Shown here: positions 38,521 to 52,377 of the stretch, piece after piece
Position numbering within the stretch: position 1 is the first letter of the stretch
Layout of the letters: every line of letters begins with the position of its first letter
Origin: Lama glama
Taxonomy: Eukaryota
Direction: 5' to 3'
DNA: 64,000 nucleotides
Assembly (NCBI GenBank): GCA_028534125.1
Contig: CM052839.1
Span: 38,440,001-38,504,000, forward strand
The notes under the pieces: model-generated
What the model was told of the DNA's origin: nothing
Seen by the model: only the letters and a program-made list of their open reading frames with translations
Databases searched by the model: none
Made by a program: the position numbers and the translations under genes

Positions 38521-38714
38521 CAAGGATCATCAAAGCATGGCCTGGGAGCCAAATCCAGCCTGCTGACTATTTGTGTAGAGTTTTATTGGAACAGAGCCAC
38601 GCCCTTTCATTTGCATATTGTCTATGGCCGCTTTTGTGCTAGAATTGCAGAGTTGAGCTGTGACAGAGATCGTATCTGGCACTTTACAAAAAAAAAAAAA
38701 TTACCAAGTCTTAT
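38521..38714 (-). mobile_element. MER58A-like hAT-Charlie element
   Basis: GCCAAATCCAGCCTGCTG...TTTTATTGGAACAGAGCCACGCCC...GCAGAGTTGAG. Confidence 0.82.
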
Positions 38715-40179
38715 CATAGAGAATGAAAAGCGGAGACTCTGATCAAGCATTGCATGGACAAAATACAATATATACTATAGCACAAGAGCATGCAATGAGG
38801 AAATCCAGAGTTAAAACAAACACAACCACAACCACAGCTACTTGGAGACTTTCATTGGCAAAGTGAGAGACTGAGAAAGTGAAAGTGTATGAAGATTAAC
38901 TAAAAGCCAATCCCCAGCATCTAAGCAGCCACCAGGACAGAAGAATTGCAAAACGGTTCTTCGATGCCACCAGGGTTAGATTCAAAAGGTGGTATACAAA
39001 GGAAGATTCTATTGATTGCACTGGTTTTTCAAATTCACTTCAATGCAAATTGAATTTTGAATTATGTTCCCCATCTCCACACAAACTAAGTAAATAAAGG
39101 AAGCGTTTGTGGATGGTTTATCCTGCGTTCAACTTTTATAAGGCTTATTTCCGGAAGGCATTAATTCCTAAAAAATTTCTTTCACAGAGTGGAGATTTGT
39201 TGCCAAATTTGTCTGGCTATTAGACTTGTAACGACACAGGTGGGAGTTGAGGGAAATAAACAGTCCCCATAAGGATCTGTTGATAAATTTGAGCTCAGAC
39301 TTTTCCACCCCATACAGCCTCTTTCCTTTCTCTCTCTTCGCACATCTGTGACACTGGAGTTTGGCCCAGAGGAAGAACACACAGTTGAGATAAAGAGATG
39401 TGTGCCAAGGAAGCAGAGAATTCGGATCAGATGGGATGCAGATGAACATCTGTGCTGAGAAGAGAAAGCCAAGGACGATATTCTTCAACACTGAAATAAC
39501 TATACAGAATCCTACCCCTCTGAAAGAGCCTTCCTTTTTTTTTTTTTTTTTTTTTTTTTGGCTGTGAGTTTTTCACTTAAAGAATAGTGTTTCAGTCCAT
39601 CCTCCGCTTGAAGGTCATTTGTGCACTCATCTGCCGGTCTGTGTTTGTTTCTTGCTTCAGTTTACCAACTCAAAAGCAAACCTCCTATTATTTGTATCCA
39701 TATTTAAAGTGGGCTTGACAGTCCGAAGTTTGCACTGACAGGCGCACAATAAAAATCATGTACTGTTACTAGTTTTCGAGGCAGAATTATTTCATAACAA
39801 TTATCTTCAAATCTCCAATGTTCCGTGTGCTCAAAAGCAATTGTCTTTATCTTAATAATTAAGTTGAAGTGACAGTGGATGACAGCTGCAATTGGCTTCA
39901 TTTGTGAAGCAAGCACTGCTTTTCACTATCACCATGGAATCATTCTGGCTGGGTGTCAGAATATTTAAGCCATTGAATGTAACCAAATTTGTAGTCAGAC
40001 AAGGTGCACGTTTATAGGCAAACACACATTTTGTGTGTCTGTGCCTGTAACTTTAAACACTTTCCCACCAAATCCTGATGGCTTTAGCAAGATTTGTAAA
40101 GCACAAATCTACAAAATATTTGATAGAGGCAAAAGGTATTTCCTATGAAACTGCTTTGTTCCCCGTTGTCTCCTTAAGC

Positions 40180-40392
40180 CAAGGGTTGGCCAAAATTTCC
40201 TGTAAAGGACTATAAAGTAAGTATTTTTGGCTTTGCGAGCCACATGGTCTCTGTTGCAACTATTCAACTCTGCCCTTACAGCGTGAAAGTGGCCAGAGAT
40301 AACACAGAAACGAGCAGGCATCGCTCTGGTCCAATAAAACTGTATTGATACGAACAAGCAGCAGGGAGAATTTGGCCCGTGGGCTGCTCTAA
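40180..40392 (+). mobile_element. MER58A-like hAT-Charlie element
   Basis: CAAGGGTTGGC...GGCTTTGCGAGCCACATGGTCTCTGTTGCAACTATTCAACTCTGCC...CCAATAAAACT. Confidence 0.88.
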
Positions 40393-43300
40393 ACAATCAC
40401 TCGACCTATTTTATTCATAGCAGAGTACCACTTTAAGTTCTTATTCTCTTTCTGACTATTAAAAAGTATAAAGTATTACTAGAGATAGAGAGTAAATGTG
40501 GTTTAAAAATGAAAGTTTTGGGGTTATTTATGATGTCAAACAATCCGAAATCTATTTTCTGTAGATATAACAGGTGGTATTTACATGGTCTGTAACAAAT
40601 GACTTCTGTGTAATTTATCTCATTGGATTCCAGAGGCAACTGAATGAGAGTTAGAAAGGACAGATTGCATTCTTAAACGCCATAAAGCTTTAAAAGGTTA
40701 AATGGCTAGTCCAGTGTCAGAAATACTAAGTGTAGAATCAGGATTTGAAACTTTCCATTTGGGTACCAAAACTTTTATTTTGGGCAATAGGCCATTTGGG
40801 GAGCTGATTTTTGGTGATAACTTTGATTGCACAGAAGTGGTCCTAATTTAGCTCTTGATACGCAATTACTGTGAGAAGTGAAAAATAAAGTAAATATTTT
40901 CTGCATTATCAAATTAATGGAGACAGCAAGAATGGATAATTTAAGAAAAAAATAGAAACAAGCCTCAAATACTCATGTTTTCCTTAATAACAAAATTTCT
41001 TTGCCTGAATTATACAGGTAATTGCCTCGTGATCCACTTGGCTTCCTCCTGGAGACAACACCTTAATAGTTTTTTATGCAGGACCCTGAAACTTCAAAAA
41101 AAGAGTCTAAAATAATTCACTCCTAGCCAACTGGCATTAGAGCAATATGTTATGTATGCTTTTGGCTTCTGCACAGTTTAACTGTTATAACTTTTATTAC
41201 ACAAAAAGCTGAAAGAAGAGATAAACTACTGCATTAGGAATTTTGATACAGACATTGAGCCATCAGCACAGGAAACCACGTCCGTAGCTCTCCTGTCTGC
41301 CTAAGAACTAATCACCTTATAATATTACCATCTAACTTTCATCTATATTGATGGCTTTTCTCCAACAAGAGCAAAATGTTTTGGAGAAACTGTCTGAATA
41401 TCTTTACCACATTGGTCTAAGATCACAGGGTTTTTACCATTTCCATTCTTTAATTTTTTTTTTCTTAAACGGGTCTTTTAGAGAAAACCAAGTTAAACTA
41501 TTTCACAGTTGTATGTATACATAAAATCTGAGAATGTTGGCCATTTATACATTTTTGGTGATACTAAAATGACATAAATATTAAGATTAAAGCTCTTTGT
41601 TAATATAAAGTTAGGTGGAAATGACTTGTACGGGAAAGTGTAGGAAGTTGGGGGGCACAATTCTGCACACAATAAAGATGGTATCACTAAAGTACAAAAT
41701 GAAAAAACAAACTGACAGATAGAGGCCTCCATTTTCCTCTGCAAACCAATGTCCAGGGTAAGAATGGGGCTGAGGGGCAGACTCTAAGAGTGACCATACT
41801 CCCTCAAATATTCAGACAGAGGCAAAATTACTATCTTCTTGGATGTAAAAATGTAACATGATTCAAGGCAGCAATTTGCATTTCTTAAGCTATTTAAAAA
41901 TGGAGGATGCTTCCTTGAGTCACTGGCACTGTCATCTGTTGAGACTGATCCAAGTGGCTATGTGAAACAATTTCCTTATCTTCTAACGGTATGCATTATT
42001 ATTATTTTACTATTTTTTGCCTCATTTTATTTCTATCCAAAATTAGTGGAAACAGTGCCCCTGGAAAGTAGTGCCATTTAAATTTTAATCTCCCTTCACT
42101 TCTCTCTAATTTGCAAGATACCAAAAGTCACTACAATAATATCATCACTTCGGAGCAAATTAAAAACAAAACAAAACAGAACAACAGACCTCTGGGGCTC
42201 TCTAAATTATTTTCAAAGAGTGGACTCTGTAGCTAGGCTAGTCAGTATTAGATTAAGTCAGTGCTGGCAAGCACCATAAAATCATCACGTGTAAAATCCC
42301 CCACAGGTTCCAAGAGCCATGGGTATGGCGTGGGCGTTAGATGCCAGGGCCGATGCAGAGGCGCGCAGTACGAGTTGAGAAAGTTCTTTAACAAAAGGCT
42401 GTCAGATATGATTTACTGAGCTGGCCTCTATCGGGCAAGCCTCACTGGGCACTCTGAATTCCAGCTTTCTACACTGGCAGACTCTTCCATAACCCAACAA
42501 AGACGTGGAGTTACAGGCAGTTCATACAAGTGATGTCTTTTGTTTGGTCCTAACGGGGTCTCTCAACAGGGGAGGCAAAACCAATGAAGTGCAAAATATA
42601 ATATGAAACCAATTTCCCTTCTCACACAACTCGGAGAATTAGAAACGATGCTTGTTTCCGAATGTCTTCTGGATGATTGGAGGAGAAGACCAAGAGAATT
42701 TAAGACTAGTTTTAGCTTAATTAGTTTAGGCACCTCATTTTGAGACAGATTTAGTGCGTGTTTCATCTGTTTAAAGGATCACAGAAGTCTGAGGAAGATC
42801 GTTTTTCCAGATAGAGGGTGAAGTAGTTTGAGAGAGGGGTTACTCTTAATGAGATCCACTTTCAGGAAAAAAAAAAATTGTATTAGGGGCAGAAGGAAGG
42901 GAATACTAAAGTGTGATCCAGGGCTGACACTAACCACTCAGGGTAATTTCTGAACACAGTGATATAAGTATTGAGTGACTCTGTTTCATAGCAGAGGTGG
43001 TTGGTAAACACTTTAAAATGAATTTAATTGCTTGTAAACATGCTGTGTCTGACTATGTGGCTAAATTTCCCATGTAGTTATAACTATGGTGATGTATGAA
43101 AACACAGATAACATAAAATATCTGATTATTCTCACTAAAAGAATACATGACACAAATAAGGAAAAGTTACTTGCTAGGGGACTGTTGAGGTATGAACACG
43201 GTATCTTATTTTGGTATATGACAGGGAGCATTTTACTTCAATTGTACACTCTAGGTCTCCCTGTAATATGTTCCCAGCCCTGCAGTTCCAAAGATATTTC

Positions 43301-43499
43301 ATATTTCTTCTAAAAAACTTTCTGTACAAGTTGTAAATTAGTAGGTACCAGTCCCTTTGAGCTTATTTGTGACATTAGATTTTTTCCCCTTTTTTCTAAG
43401 TGATCATTTGCTCAATAGGATTGATAATATCATCTGTTTTTACCAATGCTGCAGATAGATAATTCTTAAAACCATGAAACAGAGTACGTAGGCATCAAG

Positions 43500-43940
43500 A
43501 GTATCGATTTGAGTCCTCCGAGAAACAGACACTAAGATGGAGTAAGATAAGAAAAAATTTATTAGAGAAACATGTTGGAAGGATAAAAGGGAGAGTGACT
43601 GGGAGTAGACAGATACAGGTCTGACAACTGTGAAAGAAGAGAGGGAGGGGAGGAAGTTATGACAAAAAGAGGCTCAGACTGCAGCGCGGCTTGGAGAAGG
43701 TCTACGCTAGGCTGATGGGGGCTCCGGAAGAAAGATCACCTACAAGAAGAGTCTCGCATTCAATAGGAATGGCTGGGCTCTGATACCCAGACTGTGCCGA
43801 GGCATCGTCTGTGATAAGCCCAGAAGGAGCAAGACCTACATCTGCAGGAGGTGACAGCAAGGCTATCAGTCACCTACATGCCTCTGAATAGGTTCCCTCT
43901 TGAGAGACCATCTGAGCCTTATTCTCCCATGGTTGCCACA
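43500..43940 (-). mobile_element. LTR16-like ERVL solo LTR
   Basis: GAGAAACAGACACTAAGATGG...AATTTATTAG (AATAAA on minus), CAGACTGCAGCGC; minus strand starts TGTGGCAACCATGG. Confidence 0.65.
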
Positions 43941-45563
43941 ACTTAGGAATCTCCTTTGTGGAGTATGATGGAATACTGATTGATATGGTAAACACGATGA
44001 AGAATTACACATGTAATCATACTGCAAGTGTGATTCCAACATATTTGATTCTAACATCAATAAGATAGGTACAAACTATTCAAGCCTTATTCATTAAAAA
44101 ATTTGAAACTGAAATAATTTCATCCATGAATTGTTTGCTTTTCCTACCGTAGGAAAAGAGTGATAGATTCAGTTTTAGGACCAATGATCCTTGAATCATC
44201 TCCAAGCACATCAGAGTTCAGTGGGGTCCTCCTTTCGTAAATACTAGTATCAGTTACAAGTGTCATTTTTTTAAAAAGTGTCATTAAAAAATTAAATTCA
44301 TGATTAAAAAAATGATGTGTATTATGCGCCACTGTGCTCTGCTAATGGGGCTCTTCAAGATGAATAACCCAGAACAAAAGTGTAAAGAAATATGTCTTCA
44401 CCACCTCTTTATTTCTCTTTTACATGCTCATCTTCTTTTAGTTACCCCAATGCCCTCAAGCTTCTTTTTATTTTGTGCTGCTTCCCATTGCTAAGGATTT
44501 GCTAGAGCAACACCTGTCAATGAGACGTTCTTCAAATGTTTCCCTCTTGCAGATTCAGATTCTACAATTCCATCTTACATTTCATTCATTAACAGTTTTT
44601 GTTTTCCTTCTAAGAACCAGATGAGTATGTTGAAAACATAATGTCTGTTAGGTAGGACCCAAAAGAAAAGAGCTCTCCAGCTTATTTCCAAGAATGAATA
44701 GTTATCACAAGGGCACCCGGAAAGGCAGGGTATCATATATGCTGGATGCCAGCATTTCCAAGTCCAGGATGTATTATGTGTTCCATGGAGAACCAGACCC
44801 AGAGGTCAGATTTATTTGGGATACTATATGAGGCCAAGGATATTCCCTCCCTGGGGTATAGCACCCATTCTCACTTTTTGTAAGAGAGGGTTTGTTCAGG
44901 TCACTTTGTCCAATGCCATTTGAAGTTTGGCGCTGAGTCACTGCAGACCTGAGTGTCCTACCACACGTCCAACCTGTCCACCGTGAACGTGACTTGGGCA
45001 TCATTCCCTGGACCAACTGATGGCAGCTATGTTGCAGGGTTATTTTCTCACAGCACTCACGGCATGAATCAGGGCTGCTGTGTACATAAAGAACCTCTTG
45101 GGGCTGCTTTCCCCAGAAGAAGGCAATTAGAATTTTATGGACTCTCCAGTACAAGTGTTAATGTTTGAGAAACCCTAACTATGTTACTCCCTGTGCTTAA
45201 CTGCATTTAACCATTGTTTCAGTGCCTGTAACTCAAAGAGCTATGCTTGCATTTGAGCCACGAGTTCTTTCGGGCCTCAAACCATGCTACATGTTTCTCT
45301 TTTGCTGAAGTCCAGACGTGGTCATCCACCATTGGCTACATGCCCTGGACTAATCACTGCAGTTTTTTTCTAACTGAAGTGAACTTTATCTTCTCATCTC
45401 GTCATGGACTTTAACTTCTGTTGCTAGTGCACGATCATGATTTCTTTTAATGACAACTTGGCTCTCAATTCAGGTTGCTGCGTGATTACTTAGGACATCA
45501 AATTCTCTGCAGCTCCTATGTGGCTCAGCCCCACGAACAAGCAAGGGCGTAAGGCTATGTCTG

Positions 45564-45726
45564 NNNNNNNNNNNNNNNNNNNNNNNNNNNNNNNNNNNNN
45601 NNNNNNNNNNNNNNNNNNNNNNNNNNNNNNNNNNNNNNNNNNNNNNNNNNNNNNNNNNNNNNNNNNNNNNNNNNNNNNNNNNNNNNNNNNNNNNNNNNNN
45701 NNNNNNNNNNNNNNNNNNNNNNNNNN
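45564..45726. other. Assembly gap, 163 N
   Basis: N run. Confidence 0.99.
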
Positions 45727-48700
45727 NTAAAAAAAAAGCAAGATGTTTTACATTTTGAGGATGTTTCACTGCTCCATGTGTGTGCTGGGTGAAAAACGAT
45801 TCACTCCAAGACACTACAGGGCCAGTGTTAAACTTTTCTTTCTGCTCCACTGTCTTCCAGTCGCTTGAAATAAATGGAAGCAGACATTTTCCTTTTGAAG
45901 GAAATTTTTTTTTTAATTAAAGGCATATTTTGCAACGTTGGGATATAAACTACTCACTTAAAACATGCATCTTACGCAATAAGTAGGGTGGTTCTTTAAG
46001 AACACATTTATGTCTATCAGCCCTCTGGGCAGGTCCAAAATTACTTTTGAACTCCATTGATTCACAAATGGACATCACCACCTAAATGTGACTGCATTCT
46101 GGCATAGAAAATAAATTACTTGAGTAGCATGGAAAAAAATAACGGTAATCCTCTTTTACTTATGCTTAAGCAAACCATGGAGACTTAATAAATACAATGT
46201 GTTTATAAGATAAACAGTCATAATCAGCTTCCATTTACCTTCAAGGTTTTCCCACTTCTCCATCCAACACTTTAAAATAGTATTATATTGCCTAATTGGA
46301 ATGCAATTACATTTTCGTTGACCATTTTTAATTTTAAATTGTTTTTCCTGTATTGCAAATAGTTGTGATCACAGATTAGTTAGCCCATGTCCACTAGAGA
46401 TGATACAAGAATGTTTTGTGAGATTTGAATTTTGTATGGGTGACCAATATAAATAATCAAACTGCATGCATTGCAGTAAAACTCTGTGTTAACCCATTGG
46501 ACATGACAAAACGATTGATACATTAGCCTAAAAAAAACCCCAAGGGCAAAAAAAGATTAACTGGATTTTATTACATATGACTTTAATTAAAAAGCTTTTC
46601 TTTTTTTAATTTTTCTCTAAAGTGCCCCAAATCGAGCAGAATGCCATTTAAGTAGATGTGAATAAATGGGTCTGGGCTCTGGCTGTTAACTGTCCTATCA
46701 TAAAATGTAAGTATGTTTTCTTTGCTTACCAAAGACTCACATAATGGGATACAATGTCAATAAAATATTCAGTTTGCTCTGTTGTTTTTTTTTTTTACAT
46801 TTTGTTATGAGTAACTAGAATGATCAAAATTGAGGGTGACTGGACTTTCCAGACCAGAACATACGTCGTTCAGAATTGTCACTACTTCAGTGCAGAAGAG
46901 CTCCTGCAATCTAATACTTCATAAATGTAACACTTTTATTACCTCTATACTTTGGTTAATCTGCCGGTCTTTAACATACTAAAAGAATGCTCAGGCAGGC
47001 AAAAACCTTAAAATAAATAAGAACAGGCCATTTCTTCCGATGGGCCGAATCAGGAGATTAAATCTTCTGAAGGCTGAAGACAGTCTTTTAAGACTAGAGA
47101 GTCTTTGAGGCAGAACTACATCGGGTTCTGGCCTTTTAACTGGAGAAGCATTAAACCATCTTTTTTTTTTTTTTTTAATACATTTTAGTGGAATTCGGCT
47201 GCCTCTTCGTTTTTACTCTCAGAGTCACGGATAGGTGATCACACCCTGATCACAATTTTAATAAGGACTTGTGAGATAAGAGCTGCTTATTATTTTTTTT
47301 TTCTGGACCATTCTTTCTAGTTCTCAGGGAATATCTGATAAGAGAAGGTCAGGATTGGCAGGGTTACAAGGAAGCAAATGGCACATTCGAGAAACTGGAT
47401 GGGCCTGGTGTGAATTTACGAAGGAAGCACTGTCACTGCTTCTCGACTAAGGCTCAGAGCACGGACGAGAAGATCAAGTGTACAGCCTAGCTAGGACTTC
47501 AGATTGTTAAATCTAATATGCTTATAGCCGCACTGCATGATTTAAATGATATAAAATACAAGGCTGTAGCGTTTCCAAGAGGAAGTAATTTTGGGTAATG
47601 GCTTTAAATCCCCTTTACTAAAAATGCAGCTAGTTGCCAACAATTTAAAAGAGACTGTGTTACCACTGAGAGGCAACTCCATCAATTTCAATGAGCTGAT
47701 GATTCACTATTGATAACCCTGATTTTTCTGAGATTTTGATGGGTGGAGAAAAAAGATGACTTGGCTATTATTAACAAGCATTTGTACAAAATAGAAACAG
47801 TCACTGTGAAGCATAAAGCCAGAGGCTATTTGAAAGAGAATCTGGGAGATAATTATAGGATTCCATAAACGACATAACTAGGTTTTGGCAACTTTTTAGA
47901 AAAATTTGCAGACAGATATTGTATGTTTAGTAGGTTAACTAAATCATCCAAATTACTCTTTTTATTCGTGTTACAAGTAATGTAATATAACTACCCTATA
48001 TTTTGTAGATTTGGCATAATCGACATGATTTAATACATTTATATTCACACATATACCCAACTTTTCCACTCGTTTCAAGTGGATTAAAAAAAGTTAAATT
48101 TTAAAGTTTAACACACAGACATATAGGAATACTACAACACTAAAGAAAGAAAAATTTTCTCTTTTAAAAAAGTTAATACTTTAGATTTGTTCTACATTAA
48201 TGTTCTTTTTATCAAGCAAAAAAAAATGAATGAAGGTTTAACACTTATTTTCCGATGCTAGCTCCATGACTATCATATTTTTCACAGGGAAAAGATATAT
48301 TTTACACTCAATCTTACTTGAGATACTAATACAGGAAGCAGCTATTTTGTTATTACGCTTATTTAATAAATTTAATGATTATGACTTCTGATTAGTACTA
48401 AATCATTCAGTGGGAGCTATGAGACCACCTTGATTAGTGGGACATCTCTGAAATCATGGCTTATAAAGATAGTAGGAGTTTTACTTATACACCAATCTAC
48501 TAGTTATTCCTGTATTTATATTTAGTTTTACAATATCCAGGTCACCTTGATTTATTAAACCAAATAATAGAGGCTAACAGATTTAAATCACTACTCTGCA
48601 ACTTCAGGAAAAGCATCACATACTAGAGATATTTTATGTTGAGATTCGTACCTTGAGACATTCAATTTATGGCAAAATGAACATATTGTCTCCAAAGTGC

Positions 48701-49984
48701 AAAACATTTTGTATACAACACATTTGTGTCTGTAACAGTGTTAAAGGCATTCAGCATGTAAATCATGCTTATTTTTTAAATGCTGTATCACATTTGTAGG
48801 ATCATGGCAGCATCTTCTGTAGAACTTGAAGGTTCTCTGGAACACATTTTCATAATCACAATGTCCTTTGGAGAAGCATATTATTAATTATAACAATAAT
48901 AATGCTAAGTGTTACCCTTAGCATTTATAGTGGATTTAATGGAAGCACATATGGAAATAATCTAACAATAAATGAATGCATCAGAAGATTTGTTCGTGAG
49001 TAGCAGAGAACCTCCAATAATTGTGTGATAACAAACAGAAGTGTATTTCTCTTACGGAAACAAAATCTAGAGGTTGGCGGATCAATTTATGATCAACTAT
49101 GGCTGCTTGTATTACTCATTTGTCGTCCAGCAAGATGGAGACAAAAATTGGGAGGCATACGTGGCTGTCACTTTTTAAGGACAATTTTTGACACTGCCAT
49201 GCCACGCTTGCTTACACACCCTTAATCGGAAATGAGTAACGTGACCACACACAACTGCAGGGAATCCGGAACTGTTTTCTTTATCTGGGCACTCAGTGCT
49301 TTCTGTTCTTCTAAGAACAAGCTTGTTATTTCATTTATTTGTTTTTTGCATTCCACCTGTTGCTCTAAATCATGGCACATTTAGTTTACATTTAGATTCT
49401 GTATTTTTTATAAAACACCCCAACTCTGTCCTTTGGTTCTTCAAACCAGAGTCACTATGGAATTTCCATGGACGTTTTAGCCGTCACCCACCTGTCACCC
49501 ATGACCCAGAAAAGTACACACTTTAGGCTAGAAGCAGTGAATAACAGAAAAATTTCAATACCATATCTTTCAAGTGTCAACCCCTGTTAATTACTGCCTT
49601 GTTTTAGACACTCTCCAGTGTCTTCTCTCTAATGTTTAATTATTTTTGTATTTTGTTCAGTGTTGCTGTATCTGAAGGGAGTTGGTCTAACAGGAGTTTA
49701 TCAGCAGTGGAAACGTTTTTCCTGATAGTTGCATGGCTGTTTTTTTTTTCCTGTCACTCAGATTCAACATAAACGTTGTGCCTTTTGTAAGGCTTTTTCT
49801 GACCTTAAAGTAACTTTCAATCTTACAGAAAAGCAGCCTATTTTAAGACTGTGTCTACCACTGCATTTTTACTTACTTGTTACAAAGGCTGTCACCCTCT
49901 CTTCCTTCAGATCTCTGAAGCTCAAATGTTGGTACATCGGTGAGACCTTCCCCAGCTATGCTTATAAAGCACTCTGCTACCTTC

Positions 49985-49987
<3 letters not shown>

Positions 49988-50014
<27 letters not shown>
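49988..50014. repeat. (CA)n microsatellite
   Basis: About 13 AC units. Confidence 0.9.
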
Positions 50015-50017
<3 letters not shown>

Positions 50018-50289
50018 CTCAGACACATCTAGAATGAAAATACTTTCCTATATGCCTGGGATAATCTCAGACCACGCTTCTTGTCATGCCATAATGACTA
50101 ATAACATTTCCTACTGCTGTCAGAATTTTCTAGGTTGCTCTGATAAATTATACGGTAGTGCTAAAAATCCCTATTATACTGCTTTATTTTTCTTCATATC
50201 ACTGATTACCACCGGATATGTTAGAATTTGTGTCTATAAATATATAGAAATATATTTAATATATTATATAAACGACATGTCTCTAAATT

Positions 50290-50445
50290 AAAACATATGT
50301 CTGTCTCCCCATCCTGGAATGTAAAGTTAGGAGGGTAGGAACGTCTCTGTTTTGCTCACTGTTATATACTGCTGGCCAGGACAGCCGTTGGCACAAAGAA
50401 GATACTCGGCAGAGGTTTGTGGAAGGAACATACGAATAAATCAAT
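50290..50445 (+). mobile_element. L2 3' end relic
   Basis: TGTCTGTCTCCCC...GAATGTAAAG...GAGGGTAGG...TTTTGCTCACTG...GGCACAAAGAAGATACTC. Confidence 0.65.
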
Positions 50446-50958
50446 TTCTTGGTCTACTCCAACAGAATGTAAGTTACATGAGGCTGAGACTTCATATTTA
50501 TATTTCTCCAATGTATCCCCTCTTCCTGGTATACAGTAGGCCTTCAATACATTAATACATTAATCTTACAACATAAAGTTAAGGCTCTTGTTTCAAAATG
50601 GTTGATGAATAAAATGTGAGTGATGAGCTATGACGTCTGTAGAGGCAACGTGAGTTTCTTTCGCTACTGGGTAGATTGCAAAGACTGAGTCTTATCCACA
50701 ATCAGAAGTCCCATTTCCATTGTATGGACAGAAAGAAACAAGGCAGTTCCTAAACTGCCACGCTAAGCATCACTTTACTCAGTGTGACAGGCAGAACAAT
50801 ACTGCCTCCCCCTGCCCTCCCCACACACACCAAAGATGTCTAGGTCCTAATACTTGGAAGCCGTGAATATGTTACCTAACATGGCAGAATGGACTTTGAA
50901 GGTGTGATTAAGTAAAAAAAAAAAAAAGTAAAAAAAAAAAACATCTTGAGATAGATTA

Positions 50959-51345
50959 TGACCTGGCCTTGAGATGAGTTAAGGCTGTGGGACCCAAGGC
51001 CACAATCAGAGCATGTTTGTAGCATGCAGTAAATAATTGCTGTACGCATGCATCAATTATATAAGATTTATAACAAAGAAAATAGAAGTATGCATGTGCT
51101 AGAGATACTCTGTAAGTCTAATGAACAAAGAAACTCACATTGCGCATGTGCTGGCAGAGAACAGATAAAAACCAGGACAGGTGCATCATAGGCGTGCGCA
51201 CCACCCTGTGGCAAAAGAATAAAGTGTTGTTAACCCCATGGTGTCTCCTGCTGAAGTCTGTCCGGCGGTATGGCAACTCCTTGTGCATTTTTTCGTTTGG
51301 GCCGCTCACCTTCTAGAACCCCACGTCAGCCCCCCTCGGCTGTCA
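50959..51345 (+). mobile_element. Unclassified solo LTR (387 bp) nested in MLT1D
   Basis: TGAC...GTCA inverted termini; host AGATTA present on both sides; GATAAAA at 51164 and AATAAA at 51218-51223; CpGs retained. Confidence 0.72.
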
Positions 51346-51524
51346 GAGATTATCCTGGATAATCTGGGTAGGATCCAGTATAATACAAGAGTACTTATCA
51401 ACCAGAGAGGGAGCTTAGAGTCAGCAAGAGGTTTGAAGATGCTCTGCTGCTGGCTCTGAAGAAGGAACAAGGAGTCAGGAGCCAAAGAAACTACTCCAGT
51501 CAAGGCAGCGGAATCTCCCCTTCA

Positions 51525-51674
51525 NNNNNNNNNNNNNNNNNNNNNNNNNNNNNNNNNNNNNNNNNNNNNNNNNNNNNNNNNNNNNNNNNNNNNNNNNNNN
51601 NNNNNNNNNNNNNNNNNNNNNNNNNNNNNNNNNNNNNNNNNNNNNNNNNNNNNNNNNNNNNNNNNNNNNNNNNN
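51525..51674. other. Assembly gap, 150 N
   Basis: N run. Confidence 0.99.
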
Positions 51675-52347
51675 CTAATACACTCTGCATTTGGCTTCTT
51701 TGGTATAATTCATTTCTGGTTGGAAAATTGTTCCTATTGATCAGTTGGGAAGTAGAGAGCTAGCTCAGCCTCTGGTCTGAATTTCATCCAGCCTCCAATC
51801 TACGCAACAGGCGGTCTCCCAAAATTATGCTGCTTCATCTAGAGAGCAACTTTCAGGGTCCCGCTGGGGACAAAAGCAGCAGCCACCTGTTTCTCATTCC
51901 TGGAAGAGAGGAAGGCACTGGCCCATGTAGCTGTCCTCCAAGAACTCGAAGGTTCACTGCTTCACAGTCCAGTAATGCTCTGTGTTCACCAGATCTCGCC
52001 TTGCAACCAGCTTCTCCAGTGCTCGAAGAAACGAGCTTCAATTCAACTGCAGGTTTTGCTTTTGCATCTAAGTGACACCACATGTTTGTTCTTTAAGAAA
52101 AGTTTTCAGTGTTTAAAATCTCTGACCACACTCTTTATCATTTATTTTTACTATCCCTATTTTAATAGTTAAATGGTCATTTCAATGGGATTTGGGGAAG
52201 AAAACGAGGCCAATACATGGGCTCAATCTGTCGCCCTGATTTAAAAAGTTCTGTTTTATACTGTTCATTTTCTACATATTTGGTTGCTTTTTTGCTTTAT
52301 TCATCCCCATGTGTCTCTACTTGTGAAGTCCTGGGAGATTATACAGG

Positions 52348-52377
52348 GTTGTTTGTTTGTTTGTTTGTTTGTTTGTT
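52348..52377. repeat. (GTTT)n repeat
   Basis: About 7 units. Confidence 0.85.

Larger units (their letters stand above)
50783..51682 (+). mobile_element. MLT1D-like MaLR LTR, split by a nested LTR and an N gap
   Basis: TGTGACAGGCAGAAC...CCAAAGATGTCTAGGTCCTAAT...GTGAATATGTTACC; resumes GAGATTATCCTGGAT; ends CTAATACA; near-TSD CTCAG/CTCTG. Confidence 0.85.

Noticed and set aside
50315-50326. TGGAATGTAAAG matching the 5' end of miR-1
   Set aside because: The match ends at 12 nt, there is no hairpin, and it lies within an L2 relic.
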